Positions 54,693-64,000 of a stretch of DNA of 64,000 nucleotides are shown here, piece after piece. Positions within the stretch are counted from its first letter, which is position 1, and each line of letters starts with the position of its first letter. Source of the stretch: Eledone cirrhosa (taxonomy: Eukaryota); assembly GCA_964016885.1 (NCBI GenBank), contig OZ024741.1:206646001-206710000 (forward strand). The letters run 5' to 3'. Position numbers and translations under genes: made by a program. Below the pieces are notes generated by a model that was not told the DNA's origin, did no database searches, and worked only from the letters and a program-made list of their open reading frames with translations.

Positions 54693-54814
54693 TATCTATC
54701 TATCTATCCATCCATCCATCCATCCATCCATCTATCTATATATCTATCTACCTATCTATCTTTCTTTCTATCTATCTATCTATCCATCCATCTATCTATC
54801 TATCTATCTATCTA

Positions 54815-55738
54815 TCTCTGGCAGGCGGACCCGGCGATCAGTGGAGACTCCACTTCGTCATTCTATAGAGGGTTGGTCCGCAGCAAGTGCGACGACGCGC
54901 TCGGTGAAACTCTAGGCGTGGAGGAAGATGAACTGGCCAGTCTGTTCGGTAGGACCTTCCGCCCGGGACCGATGGACAACTTCCAAAAGTCCCTGGCCTG
55001 GCAGTGCTACCGAGGAGCTCTACCAGTTCGAGACAAGCTCTACAGACATGGGCGCCCGGGCAGGGACCCTGCAAAAAAGATCTGTCCGAGGTGCGTGCGA
55101 GACGAAGAAACCGTCGCGCACGCATTCATACACTGCCCGGGCGTCACTGACCTGTGGGGCTATGTAGAACGACTATTGTCGCGGGTGGGACCAATCCAGT
55201 TGACCACCGAGTCCATTGTCATGATCAAACCGCCACCCTCCTTCAAAAACGAAGGAGAGGCGGTTTTCCTTTGTGTGATAGCTATGGCGAAAGAGGTTGT
55301 ATGGTGGACAAGGTTGAAAGGGCTGAGGTCAGACACCTTTCTCTCCGGCCAACAACTGATTCTTTTTTTCAAATACCACTTTGGAAGAAGAATCAGGATG
55401 GAGAGAGAGGTGCTGTACCCCAGCAAGTTTTATGAAAGGTGGGTGAAAGTGGCGAGAATGGCCCGAGTGAATGGGCCTTCTCTCTATATCAGCCTGTAGG
55501 TTGAGGAAAAGAAGGAGGAGAGGAAGGGAGTACAAGCTCTTCGTACTCCTGGAGATGAGGGTTGCACATTTTTTTCGGGGGTCTGTGTTACCCATATAAA
55601 CTGTCTCCCTCTATTGGGGAAAATCGACTAACTTTTAAATTCCATCTGTGATAACATTTTACACGTTTTTATTGTATGTAAACTTCCCCCTTTGTATTTG
55701 TCCCCTTCTTTTGTGCCCCTGTGGCTAATAAAGAAATA
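54815..55738 (+). mobile_element. Unit C: 5'-truncated Tx1-like element (ORF2 C-terminus to 55499 plus 3' UTR)
   Basis: WQADP...CPRCVRDEETVAHAFIHC...GPSLYISL; flanked by (TATC)n. Confidence 0.92.
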
Positions 55739-55953
55739 TATCTATCTATCTTGATAGAGTAAGACACGCTTCGCATCGGCTCCGCTATTCCATCGGGATT
55801 TACCCTTACTATTGTAAGTACCGGATAAATTTTTTAGTGCAACACATTTGGAACACTAACCCCTGTTATTTAGGGAAACATTTTTGCATTTACCCCCTTT
55901 TTAGGGGGTAAAATAAATATCTATTTTTGCCGAAAAATTTCTTTCTTGGCAGC

Positions 55954-57785
55954 ATGGCGGAAAAGATGGCAGACATGTCTGCCATTAGCTCTGCCACGCC
56001 CCCCAAGTCTGAAGAACAAAAAATAATTACAACAAAATTAGACATTGAAACAAACAAACAAAATGAAAAAACAAATGTTAAGGAAAATGAGCAAACAGAA
56101 AACAAACAAACAGAAAATAATACAAATAACGACAGGGCAACTTTCGCCCAGAAAACAAAACAATCCATTACATACACACCAATTGACCTAACTGCCGCCA
56201 GAGAAAAACTGGCCGAAGCAAAGAAACACATTGTTTTGGGGGAGAACGGAATGTTTTCCATTAACTCCCCCCCAGAATTCAAGAAAGCCAGAGCAGAAAA
56301 CACAGTTCTCTACAGAACTATACTGAATCAGACAAGAAAGCCAGCACAGCCCAGCCAAATGGAAATAGAGTTAGTCCTAAAAGACTATATGAAGAATATT
56401 CTCTTCATACGAAAGGACCGACTCTATGGCAGCATTTCGGTCCTAACAAGAGACAAAGAAACGGCGGAGAAGCTTTCCCTAAGCCCACTCTCGTCGACAA
56501 CATATAGCTTCTATCCCTCCTACATGGGTAAAAGAACACAGAGAGTAAAAGTAAAAACAATGCTGCCCACAATGGACTTCTGGTGGGCTATTGCTGGCTT
56601 CATTGATATGGGCGAAGACACAATGCTGTCAATGGGGAAGGCAACTGGAGATGCGTTCCTGGGAATGGGCCTCGACATACTAGTCCAAATGAGGCCCGAA
56701 AGAATAGCACAAATCCCGGATCGCATCTGGCTGGATGACCTTACCCCAATAGACATAATTGTAGAGGGGAGAAGACCAGCATGCTATTTATGCATGGAAA
56801 GGGGACACGTTAAGGCTAACTGCCCGAAACGTATCCCCCAAAAAGGACTATTGCCCACACCCACCACAAACAGTACACCAACACCACCCACCTCCAAAAA
56901 TACACTAATACCACACACAGCAAACAAAATACAGACACCACCAACCACAAACACAACACAAACATCACCACCACCAGCACCAAACACAAGCACGACACAA
57001 AAATCACCACCACCAACCACAACACAAACATCACCACCACCATCACCAACCACAAGCACGACACAAACATTACCACCACCACCACAAAACCCATTCCAAA
57101 CAAATAATAAAAAAAGCAGTAACAAATCTACCCCTCCCGCAAAAAAAAAACAACCACACAACACGTCCCTCCCACCTAGCGCTGAAGAGTTTCCCCCAAC
57201 TTCTGAAGAAGAAGGAGGAGAAGCCTTCAGACAAGTTAAAAGAAAAAAAAGAAAACACACACCCAGCACACCACAAATAACCCACACACAAACACCAACT
57301 CCAATCAAAAACACCCCACCCTCAACAAACAAAAATAAATCTGCGCCTCCCCTCTCCGAAACATTGACAGCATCACAAAAAAAGACGTTGCAATACACAT
57401 ATATAAACAAAGAAAACAAAAAACTGGTTAAATTAATAAACAATAACCCTATGGTGCAGACCGAAGGGCCAAACTTTATCTCAGCAGAGAACTTCACCCA
57501 TTTAAAAATGATAAAGGTCCCTCTGGACCTTTATCGTTCCTTAAAAGAACAATTTAGACGGGACGTGAGCCCCCCTGTTTAAAACCGTTGAATCGCGTCC
57601 TCTTGAAAGATTTCCCCATAACCGCCCCTCTCCCTGACACAACTCCAAATACCCCAACCCCACCACACACGTGTACCCCCACACCACCACAAAACATCCC
57701 TCCACCCAACACACCTGATGCCATGGAAATTACACAACCCGGAGAGGTAAGTGCTTTTCTTTCTTCACTTTCAACACCAAAATAG
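55954..57785 (+). CDS. Unit D ORF1: gag-like protein with CCHC zinc knuckle and Pro/Thr-rich tail (frameshift at ~57572)
   Basis: CYLCMERGHVKANC; basic NLS-like RQVKRKKRK; continuation NRVLLKDFP.. in another frame matches unit E. Confidence 0.85.
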
Positions 57786-60700
57786 ATCAATTGAGAGTTG
57801 GCTGTTTGAACGCGCGTGGCCTGGGCTCAGCTTGGAAGCAAGCAAAGCTTCTAAGTGACCTCAGGTCACAAAGTATAGATGTGATGGTTGTTTGCGAGAG
57901 TCGGATCAGCAGCGTGAGACAGCTGGCGCCCGCCTTCGATGACTTTGAGATGCACGCATCTCTCTGTCAACCCGGAGGCGGGGGGGGGGGAGCTGCCGTA
58001 CTGCTGGATAAACGTCTGACTCTCGACGTACAGATTGTTCACTCGGACCCGGGGGGTCGATTACTGGTGCTGGACGTCGGACGCGGTGAAGGCGGGGCTT
58101 TCAGACTGGTCGGTCTTTATGCTCCCTTCGGGGCGGAAAGAGCCGACTTCTTCCAGCGTCTGGAGACTTTTCTAGGAACGTCGCGTTCCCTGCTTTTAGT
58201 GGGGGACTGGAATGGAATCCTAGATGCGCGTTGGGACTATGCAGGGGCATGTCCCGATAGAGGGGGGTGTAGCAGCCTCAAGGGGTTACTCGATCGATTC
58301 GACCTGGTCGATAGATTTCGACTAGATTGTCCAACTGCGCCAACCTGGACCTGGGCAAACCGCAGTGGACAATCTAGATCGTACCTAGATAGGTTTTTGG
58401 TTAGGAGTAAGGATAGGGACGTATTTAGTTGTCCAGAACTGATCATGGTTGGCTATTCAGATCACAAATTAGTGACCTGCGTGGTCAACCTTGATAGAAC
58501 GCATAGACAGGGTCCCGGTTACTGGAAGATGAACTTGTCCTTACCGACAAAGAAAGATTACAGAAACCGGATTAGTAGCTTAGTTAAGATGCGGTTGACG
58601 GGAGCGATCGTCAACAGTAGGTGGTGGATATCTCTAAAGAGAGAGATTAGAGTAAGTTCGATAGGTTACAGTAAGGAACTAGCGGCGAATAGAAATAGGA
58701 GGGAAAGGGAGTTAACAGATAAACTAGAAGAGGCGATTAGGAGCGGAGACGTAGCCAGAGTGTTAGCGACGAGAACGGCATTGAGCCAGTTCTTTGACGC
58801 GAAGCACGAAGGCTGCGTTGTCCGAAGTAAAATACGTGCTTTAGGAAACGAGGGGACCAAAGCTGTTAGCTGGGCCCGCGTGACAGAAGCCAAGAGTGGG
58901 ATTAAATCCACCATTCGGTCTTTGCGAGACCAGGATGGACGGGTGATCCTTGAACCTGAGCGAATGTGCGAGACCTTTCAAAGGCACTTTGCTCGACTGT
59001 TCGGAGGTGGCCGGGGGCCGGACGGGGATGTGGACTTCGGTCCATACCTCGACGGTCTACCGCGTCTTTCGAGCGGCGAAGCGGAGTGCTGCGAAAGGCC
59101 AATCACAGCCACTGAAATAGGGGAAGCGCTCAGCCAATGCAGCAGACGCAAATCCCCGGGTCTCGATGGTCTACCATACGAACTTTATTTAGCTATGCCG
59201 GTCTTGTTCTCCGAACTCCTCGAGGCTGTCTATTGCAACTGGCAACAGAACGGGAGAATTCCCTGTTCTGTGACCAAGGGCGTGGTCACGCTAGTGAGGA
59301 AGGACGAGAGCAAGGGGGACGACTTAAGTAACTTTAGGCCCATAACTCTGCTGAATGCAGAGTTACAGATTTTGGCCAAGGTGTTGGCGAAGAGGTTGGC
59401 GCTTGTGGTGGGTGGTTTGGTGGGAGACGCGCAGACATGCGCTATCCCGTCCAGGTCCATTCACGACAACCTCCACCTCATGCGATACATCATAGAGAGG
59501 GTTGGCTACGAACCCGGCTTTGGTGGGGCCCTGATCAACTTGGATCAATCTAAGGCGTTCGATAGGGTCGACCATGGTTACCTGGATGTGGTGCTAGCGG
59601 CGGCGGGCTTCGGACCCGTTTTCAGGGGCTGGATTTCTGCCATGCACAGTGGCAACATCTACTCTAGGATTAAAGTAAACGGCTACCTCTCGGAGCCGTT
59701 TCAAATCACCCGATCCATCAGACAGGGGTGTCCCCTCTCCTCCCTTCTGTACGTATTGACTCTCGAGCCACTGCTGCGGAAGTTGGAGTTGCTGCGGGGC
59801 ATACCCCTGGAACCGGGATTGCACAAAGCGGTCTCGGCCTATGCCGACAACGTAACAGTAATGGTGGCGGACGCCTCGGAAATCGGGGCGATCGCCACCC
59901 TACTGGAGGAATACGAAAGGCTGACGGGGGCTAAGCTGAACCAGGACAAGTCAGTCGGTTTGCAACTCGGAACGTGGAGGGGCAAACCGATGCCGTTAGA
60001 CGGTGTCGTCGGGCGGTGGACGGAGGGCCCGGTGAAGCTGCTCGGGGTCTGGTTCGGACCGGACCTTCAGGTGGAGAAGAATTGGGGCGAGGTGACGAGC
60101 AGGGTGTTTGCGCTGACCCAGAAGTGGGCCAAGTGCAAACTATCACTGAAAGGTCGGGCGGAGGTGACGAACGCTTACATAGCGTCCGTCATCTACTACC
60201 GCCTGACCGTCGTGCCTTGCCCCAAGGAAAAGCTCACCATCATGGAACGCATGCTCTTCCAGTTCCTCTGGAAGAAGCGGCCTCCCATGGTGAGGAGATC
60301 CATCTGCTGCCAGCACCCTTCGAAAGGAGGGCTGGGTATGCCGTGGCTGTTGATGCGTAGGCACGCATTGAGGCTACGGCATCTACAGGTATTCCTCAAC
60401 GGTCAGCCGGTGTGGGCCCCGTTTGTGAGGCGAGCCTTCCCACAGCTCGTCTCGCTCACCGAACTGCAATCCTGGGTGAAGCAAAGACCGAGAAAACTGG
60501 GCAACTGGCACACCGAGTGTGCCCAGGCGCTCACGGCTATCTGGCAAGCGGACCCGACTGTCAGTGGAGAATCCACCTCGACATTCTATAGAGGGTTGGT
60601 GGCTAGCAGGGGCGACGACACCCTTGGAGAGTCGCTAGGCATGGAGGAGGACGAACTGGCCAGCCTGTTCGGTAGAACTTTCGGCCCGGGACCCATGGAC

Positions 60701-61222
60701 AACTTCCAGAGGTCCCTAGCCTGGCAGTGTTACCGGGGGTCTCTGCCCGTTCGAGAAAAGCTCTACAGACACGGGCGCCCGGGCAGGGATCCCGCGAAAA
60801 AGATCTGTCCCAGATGCGTGCGCGACGAGGAAACCGTTGCGCATGCACTGGTACACTGCCCGGGCGTTGCCGATCTGTGGGGCTACGTCGAACAACTGCT
60901 GTCGCGTGTGGCGCCGATTCGATTAACCGCCGAGTCTGTGGTGAACATCAAGCCGCCTCCTCTCTTCAGAAATGAAGCAGAGGCGGTCTTTCTGTGCGTA
61001 ATAGCCATGATGAAAGAGGTTGTGTGGTGGACGCGCCTGAAAGGTCTGAGGTCGGGTGACTTTCTCTCCGGCCATCACCTGGTTTACTTCTTCCGATACC
61101 ACTTCGGAAGAAGAATCAGGATGGAGAGAGAAGTGCTTGGTCCCAGACAGTTTTATGAAAGGTGGGTGAAAGAAGCGAGAATGGCCCGTGTAAATGGGCC
61201 TTCTCTCTACATTGTTCTGTAG
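57782..61222 (+). CDS. Unit D ORF2: APE endonuclease, reverse transcriptase and C-terminal zinc knuckle
   Basis: NARG, GDWN, YLDRF, SDH; KSPGLDG, FRPITLLN, LDQSKAFD, RQGCPLS, YADN; CPRC-x8-H-x4-C; start codon position reads ATA. Confidence 0.92.
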   Translation: MDQLRVGCLNARGLGSAWKQAKLLSDLRSQSIDVMVVCESRISSVRQLAPAFDDFEMHASLCQPGGGGGGAAVLLDKRLTLDVQIVHSDPGGRLLVLDVGRGEGGAFRLVGLYAPFGAERADFFQRLETFLGTSRSLLLVGDWNGILDARWDYAGACPDRGGCSSLKGLLDRFDLVDRFRLDCPTAPTWTWANRSGQSRSYLDRFLVRSKDRDVFSCPELIMVGYSDHKLVTCVVNLDRTHRQGPGYWKMNLSLPTKKDYRNRISSLVKMRLTGAIVNSRWWISLKREIRVSSIGYSKELAANRNRRERELTDKLEEAIRSGDVARVLATRTALSQFFDAKHEGCVVRSKIRALGNEGTKAVSWARVTEAKSGIKSTIRSLRDQDGRVILEPERMCETFQRHFARLFGGGRGPDGDVDFGPYLDGLPRLSSGEAECCERPITATEIGEALSQCSRRKSPGLDGLPYELYLAMPVLFSELLEAVYCNWQQNGRIPCSVTKGVVTLVRKDESKGDDLSNFRPITLLNAELQILAKVLAKRLALVVGGLVGDAQTCAIPSRSIHDNLHLMRYIIERVGYEPGFGGALINLDQSKAFDRVDHGYLDVVLAAAGFGPVFRGWISAMHSGNIYSRIKVNGYLSEPFQITRSIRQGCPLSSLLYVLTLEPLLRKLELLRGIPLEPGLHKAVSAYADNVTVMVADASEIGAIATLLEEYERLTGAKLNQDKSVGLQLGTWRGKPMPLDGVVGRWTEGPVKLLGVWFGPDLQVEKNWGEVTSRVFALTQKWAKCKLSLKGRAEVTNAYIASVIYYRLTVVPCPKEKLTIMERMLFQFLWKKRPPMVRRSICCQHPSKGGLGMPWLLMRRHALRLRHLQVFLNGQPVWAPFVRRAFPQLVSLTELQSWVKQRPRKLGNWHTECAQALTAIWQADPTVSGESTSTFYRGLVASRGDDTLGESLGMEEDELASLFGRTFGPGPMDNFQRSLAWQCYRGSLPVREKLYRHGRPGRDPAKKICPRCVRDEETVAHALVHCPGVADLWGYVEQLLSRVAPIRLTAESVVNIKPPPLFRNEAEAVFLCVIAMMKEVVWWTRLKGLRSGDFLSGHHLVYFFRYHFGRRIRMEREVLGPRQFYERWVKEARMARVNGPSLYIVL

Positions 61223-61453
61223 GTGAAGAAGTGAAGAGGAAAGGGAGAGCGCCTCCTCTCTGGGCTTCCCCCGCGAAAAGAGTTGCACACTTTTCGGGGG
61301 TATGTGCAATCCCCAACACGCCCCCTCCCTTTTGAGGACTTTTTATTGTTATATTATTATTGTTATTCCTTTTTTCTTTACTCGATTTATGTAAACTCCC
61401 CCACTGTGTAAATGTCCCCTTCTTTTGTGCCCTCGTGGCAAATAAATAGAAAT

Positions 61454-61454
<1 letters not shown>

Positions 61455-61537
<83 letters not shown>
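61455..61537. repeat. (TATC)n spacer/target tract (also 46713-46730, 49001-49082, 49225-49292, 54693-54814, 55739-55750)
   Basis: Direct reading. Confidence 0.95.
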
Positions 61538-61778
61538 AAAAAGGAAGTCGTCTGTTCTACAGTGTGGATGTAATTCACTTCGCGCAGAAGTTTTGTTCAA
61601 ATTTATTGCGGAAATTTTGTGAGTTCAAATTTAATTTTGATACTATTGTGTAGCTTGTCCCCCCGTCTGAACTGTCAGACGGTGGGTCAGCTCATCTTTA
61701 CCCCTCCTAGAGGTGAAAAACCTGTTTTTTAAAATTTTGTGGCAAAAAAAAAAAAAAATTTTCAATCGTCTGACAGAA

Positions 61779-63685
61779 ATGTTAAACGAAGCGAACGAAA
61801 ATAGTGGTGGGGGGACAGCGGTAAGAGTTGTAAGCTCGCACGGTTTAGCCCCCCCCTTCCTTCCCAACTAACGTCATAGAGAAGGAAGGAATAAAAAAAA
61901 TAAAAACAGACGAATCTGCGGAGAAAAATGACGAAAACACAAATCTGGACATGGATTCCAACAACGAAAAAAAAATTATTTGAAAAATTGCATGACAATA
62001 TTAATACCACAAACAAAGACACAACAAACACAAAAATAACATTTGAAAACAACATCATAACAGAAAGCAAAGCAGACGACAGAGTCAACAAGATTTCATT
62101 TGCACAAACAACAAAGAAATCTTTGACATATATACCCGAAAATATTTCAGATGTGGCACGAAGAATCACAGACGCCAAACAATACATAAGTGAAGGAGAG
62201 AATGGTATTTTATCGGTAAAAATGCCTCAAGAACTCACCAAAGACATTGAAAGTCGAACGGTCGTGTTCCGCACCATCAACAACACTTCAAAAAAACCTG
62301 AACAGCCTTCTCAAGCAGATATCAAAACAGTACTCACAGAAGTACTTAATGAAACCACTTTCATAAGAAAAGACAGACTGTATGGGAGCCTAGCAATTAT
62401 TATGAAGAACGAATCGGCGGCAAAAAAATGTGCTTTGTCACCGATTCGTTTGAAAAATTTTACCTTTTATCCATCTTATATGGGGAAAAGAACTCAACGC
62501 ATATGGCTGGATGCAATGATGCCAGATGTGGACTACTGCTGGCTCATAGCTGGCTTCATCGATCCAGTGAATGACAACGTGATTTCCATTGGGAAAACCA
62601 CAGGCAATGCGTTCAGTGGAACAGGTATAGAGCTGGTAGTGCAAATGAAGCCTGAACGCATCGCCCAAATACCCGAGAGAATCCTATTAGAGGGCCACGG
62701 GTATATAAACATTAGCGTGGAGGGGAGAAGGCCGTCCTGTCATATCTGTGCAGGCAGAGGGCACCCGAAGGCCGCTTGTCCCCAACTCAACAAAAAGAAA
62801 ACCCTGCTACCAACACCAGCTCCACCACCACCACCACAACAGATAAACAAACAACAAAACTCAGTCCTACCCAACCCGTCCCTCAGTAAAACTACACCAC
62901 CACCACAACACAAACAGTCACAACACATTACCCCAAAACAAAATACAGGCCCACCCAAACCCTCACTCAATAAAACAACACAACCACCGCAGACACAACA
63001 CACAACACAGTCTAACATAGTGACATCCATCTCCCCCACAAAGAAAACCAACACGGAAACATTACCAGCAAACATACCTCTTCCCTCCAACACTGAAGAT
63101 AACCCAACGAATTCGGAGGAAGAAACGGAGTCCTTCAGACAGATTAAAAGGAAAAAAAGAAAACATGTGCAAAACACACAAGGCCAAACAACCCACACCC
63201 AAATGTCAACACAATCCAACAAAACAGAAAACACCCCTCCAGCAACAAACAAAACCAAACCTGCCCCTCCCCTCTTCGAAACACTCACACCATCCGAAAA
63301 AAAGACATTACACTATACTTACATCAACAGAAACAATAATAAATTAAATGAACTCATAAACAATAATCCTTCGGTACAAACCGAAGGTGTAAACTTTGTT
63401 TCTTCAGAAAACTACCCACATTTAAAATTAATAAAGATCCTAATGAACCTCTACCAAAAACTAAAAAAGGATTTTAAGGAGGACGTAGGACCACCCTCTG
63501 TCAAACCCATAAACCGCGTCCTACTAAAAAGCTTTCCCCCTCCCCTTCCCCTCCCCAACACAACTCCAAACACCCCAACCCCACCACACACTGACGACCC
63601 CACACCACCACAAGACACCCCTTCACCCAACACCCCCGAACCCATGGAAGTCGTGCGACCCGAACCCCGGGAAGCGGAAAGGTAG
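61779..63685 (+). CDS. Unit E ORF1 (open 61928-63685; true start probably 61779 with homopolymer frameshifts)
   Basis: CHICAGRGHPKAAC knuckle; FIRKDRLYGS and FYPSYMGKRTQR shared with D; LDMDSN in a shifted frame matches D LDIETN. Confidence 0.82.
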
Positions 63686-63718
63686 GTCTCTACACTCTCC
63701 TTTGGCTCTGCCGCCCAC

Positions 63719-64000
63719 ATGGATGTGTTAAGAGTAGGATGTTTGAATGCACGTGGCCTGGGCTCAACTTGGAAGCAAGCAAAGCTTCTAAATGACCTCA
63801 GGTCATGTGGTATAAATGTAATGGTTATCTGTGAGACTCGGATCAGCGTCGTGCGGCAGCTGGCCCCCACCTTCGATGACTTTGAGGTGCATGCATCTCT
63901 CTGTCAACCTGGAGGTGGGGGTGGGTTTGTCGTACTGCTGCAAAAACACCTGGGTCTTGCCGTACAGGTTGTGCACTCGGACCCGGAGGGTCGTTTGTTG
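63719..64000 (+). CDS. Unit E ORF2 N-terminus (APE endonuclease), partial
   Basis: MDVLRVGCLNARGLGSTWKQAKLLNDLRSCGINVMVICETR. Confidence 0.9.
   Translation, partial: MDVLRVGCLNARGLGSTWKQAKLLNDLRSCGINVMVICETRISVVRQLAPTFDDFEVHASLCQPGGGGGFVVLLQKHLGLAVQVVHSDPEGRLL

Larger units (their letters stand above)
55751..61454 (+). mobile_element. Unit D: full-length Tx1-like non-LTR retrotransposon (~5.7 kb)
   Basis: 5'UTR, ORF1, ORF2 (APE-RT-CCHC), 3'UTR with AATAAA; (TATC)3 before and a long (TATC)n after. Confidence 0.95.
61538..64000 (+). mobile_element. Unit E: 5' part of another Tx1-like subfamily, runs off the window
   Basis: Distinct 5'UTR; ORF1 homologous to unit D; ORF2 start at 63719. Confidence 0.93.

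Noticed and set aside
54606-54816. N-terminus of the 297-aa ORF
   Set aside because: 3'UTR of unit B plus translated TATC repeat running into unit C
46713-61537. Repeat-spacer pattern resembling CRISPR or an integron cassette array
   Set aside because: The repeats are simple (TATC)n and the spacers are retrotransposons; eukaryotic context, no cas or integrase genes
56520-63870. Antisense ORFs over the Tx1 units (V/C/G-rich)
   Set aside because: Shadow frames of A/C-rich ORF1 and GC-rich ORF2

Overview
Eukaryotic, AT-rich, microsatellite-laden non-genic DNA. It is probably cephalopod (octopus-like), inferred only from the tRNA-derived SINE family and the repeat landscape. No host gene is securely identifiable, and most short ORFs in the track are microsatellite artefacts. 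The window has three parts. (1) 1-31.4 kb and 41.5-46.7 kb: a patchwork of SINEs, LINE remnants (RTE, CRE), mariner-type MITEs and Penelope-like element (PLE) fragments. Many of the PLE fragments sit in (TA)n, form fold-backs or 1.x-mer tandems, and carry type I hammerhead ribozyme (HHR) motifs. (2) 31.4-41.5 kb: a very young PLE (RT + GIY-YIG) integrated as tandem plus inverted copies, with three identical HHRs. (3) 46.7-64 kb: a head-to-tail array of at least six L1/Tx1-like non-LTR retrotransposon copies from several diverged subfamilies, each junction being a (TATC)n tract, which points to GATA-microsatellite-specific targeting. These elements also share apparent splice signals: a 5'-UTR intron ending 1-2 nt before the ORF1 ATG, and a donor/acceptor pair bracketing exactly ORF2. 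All structures were read by eye; none was computed or searched.
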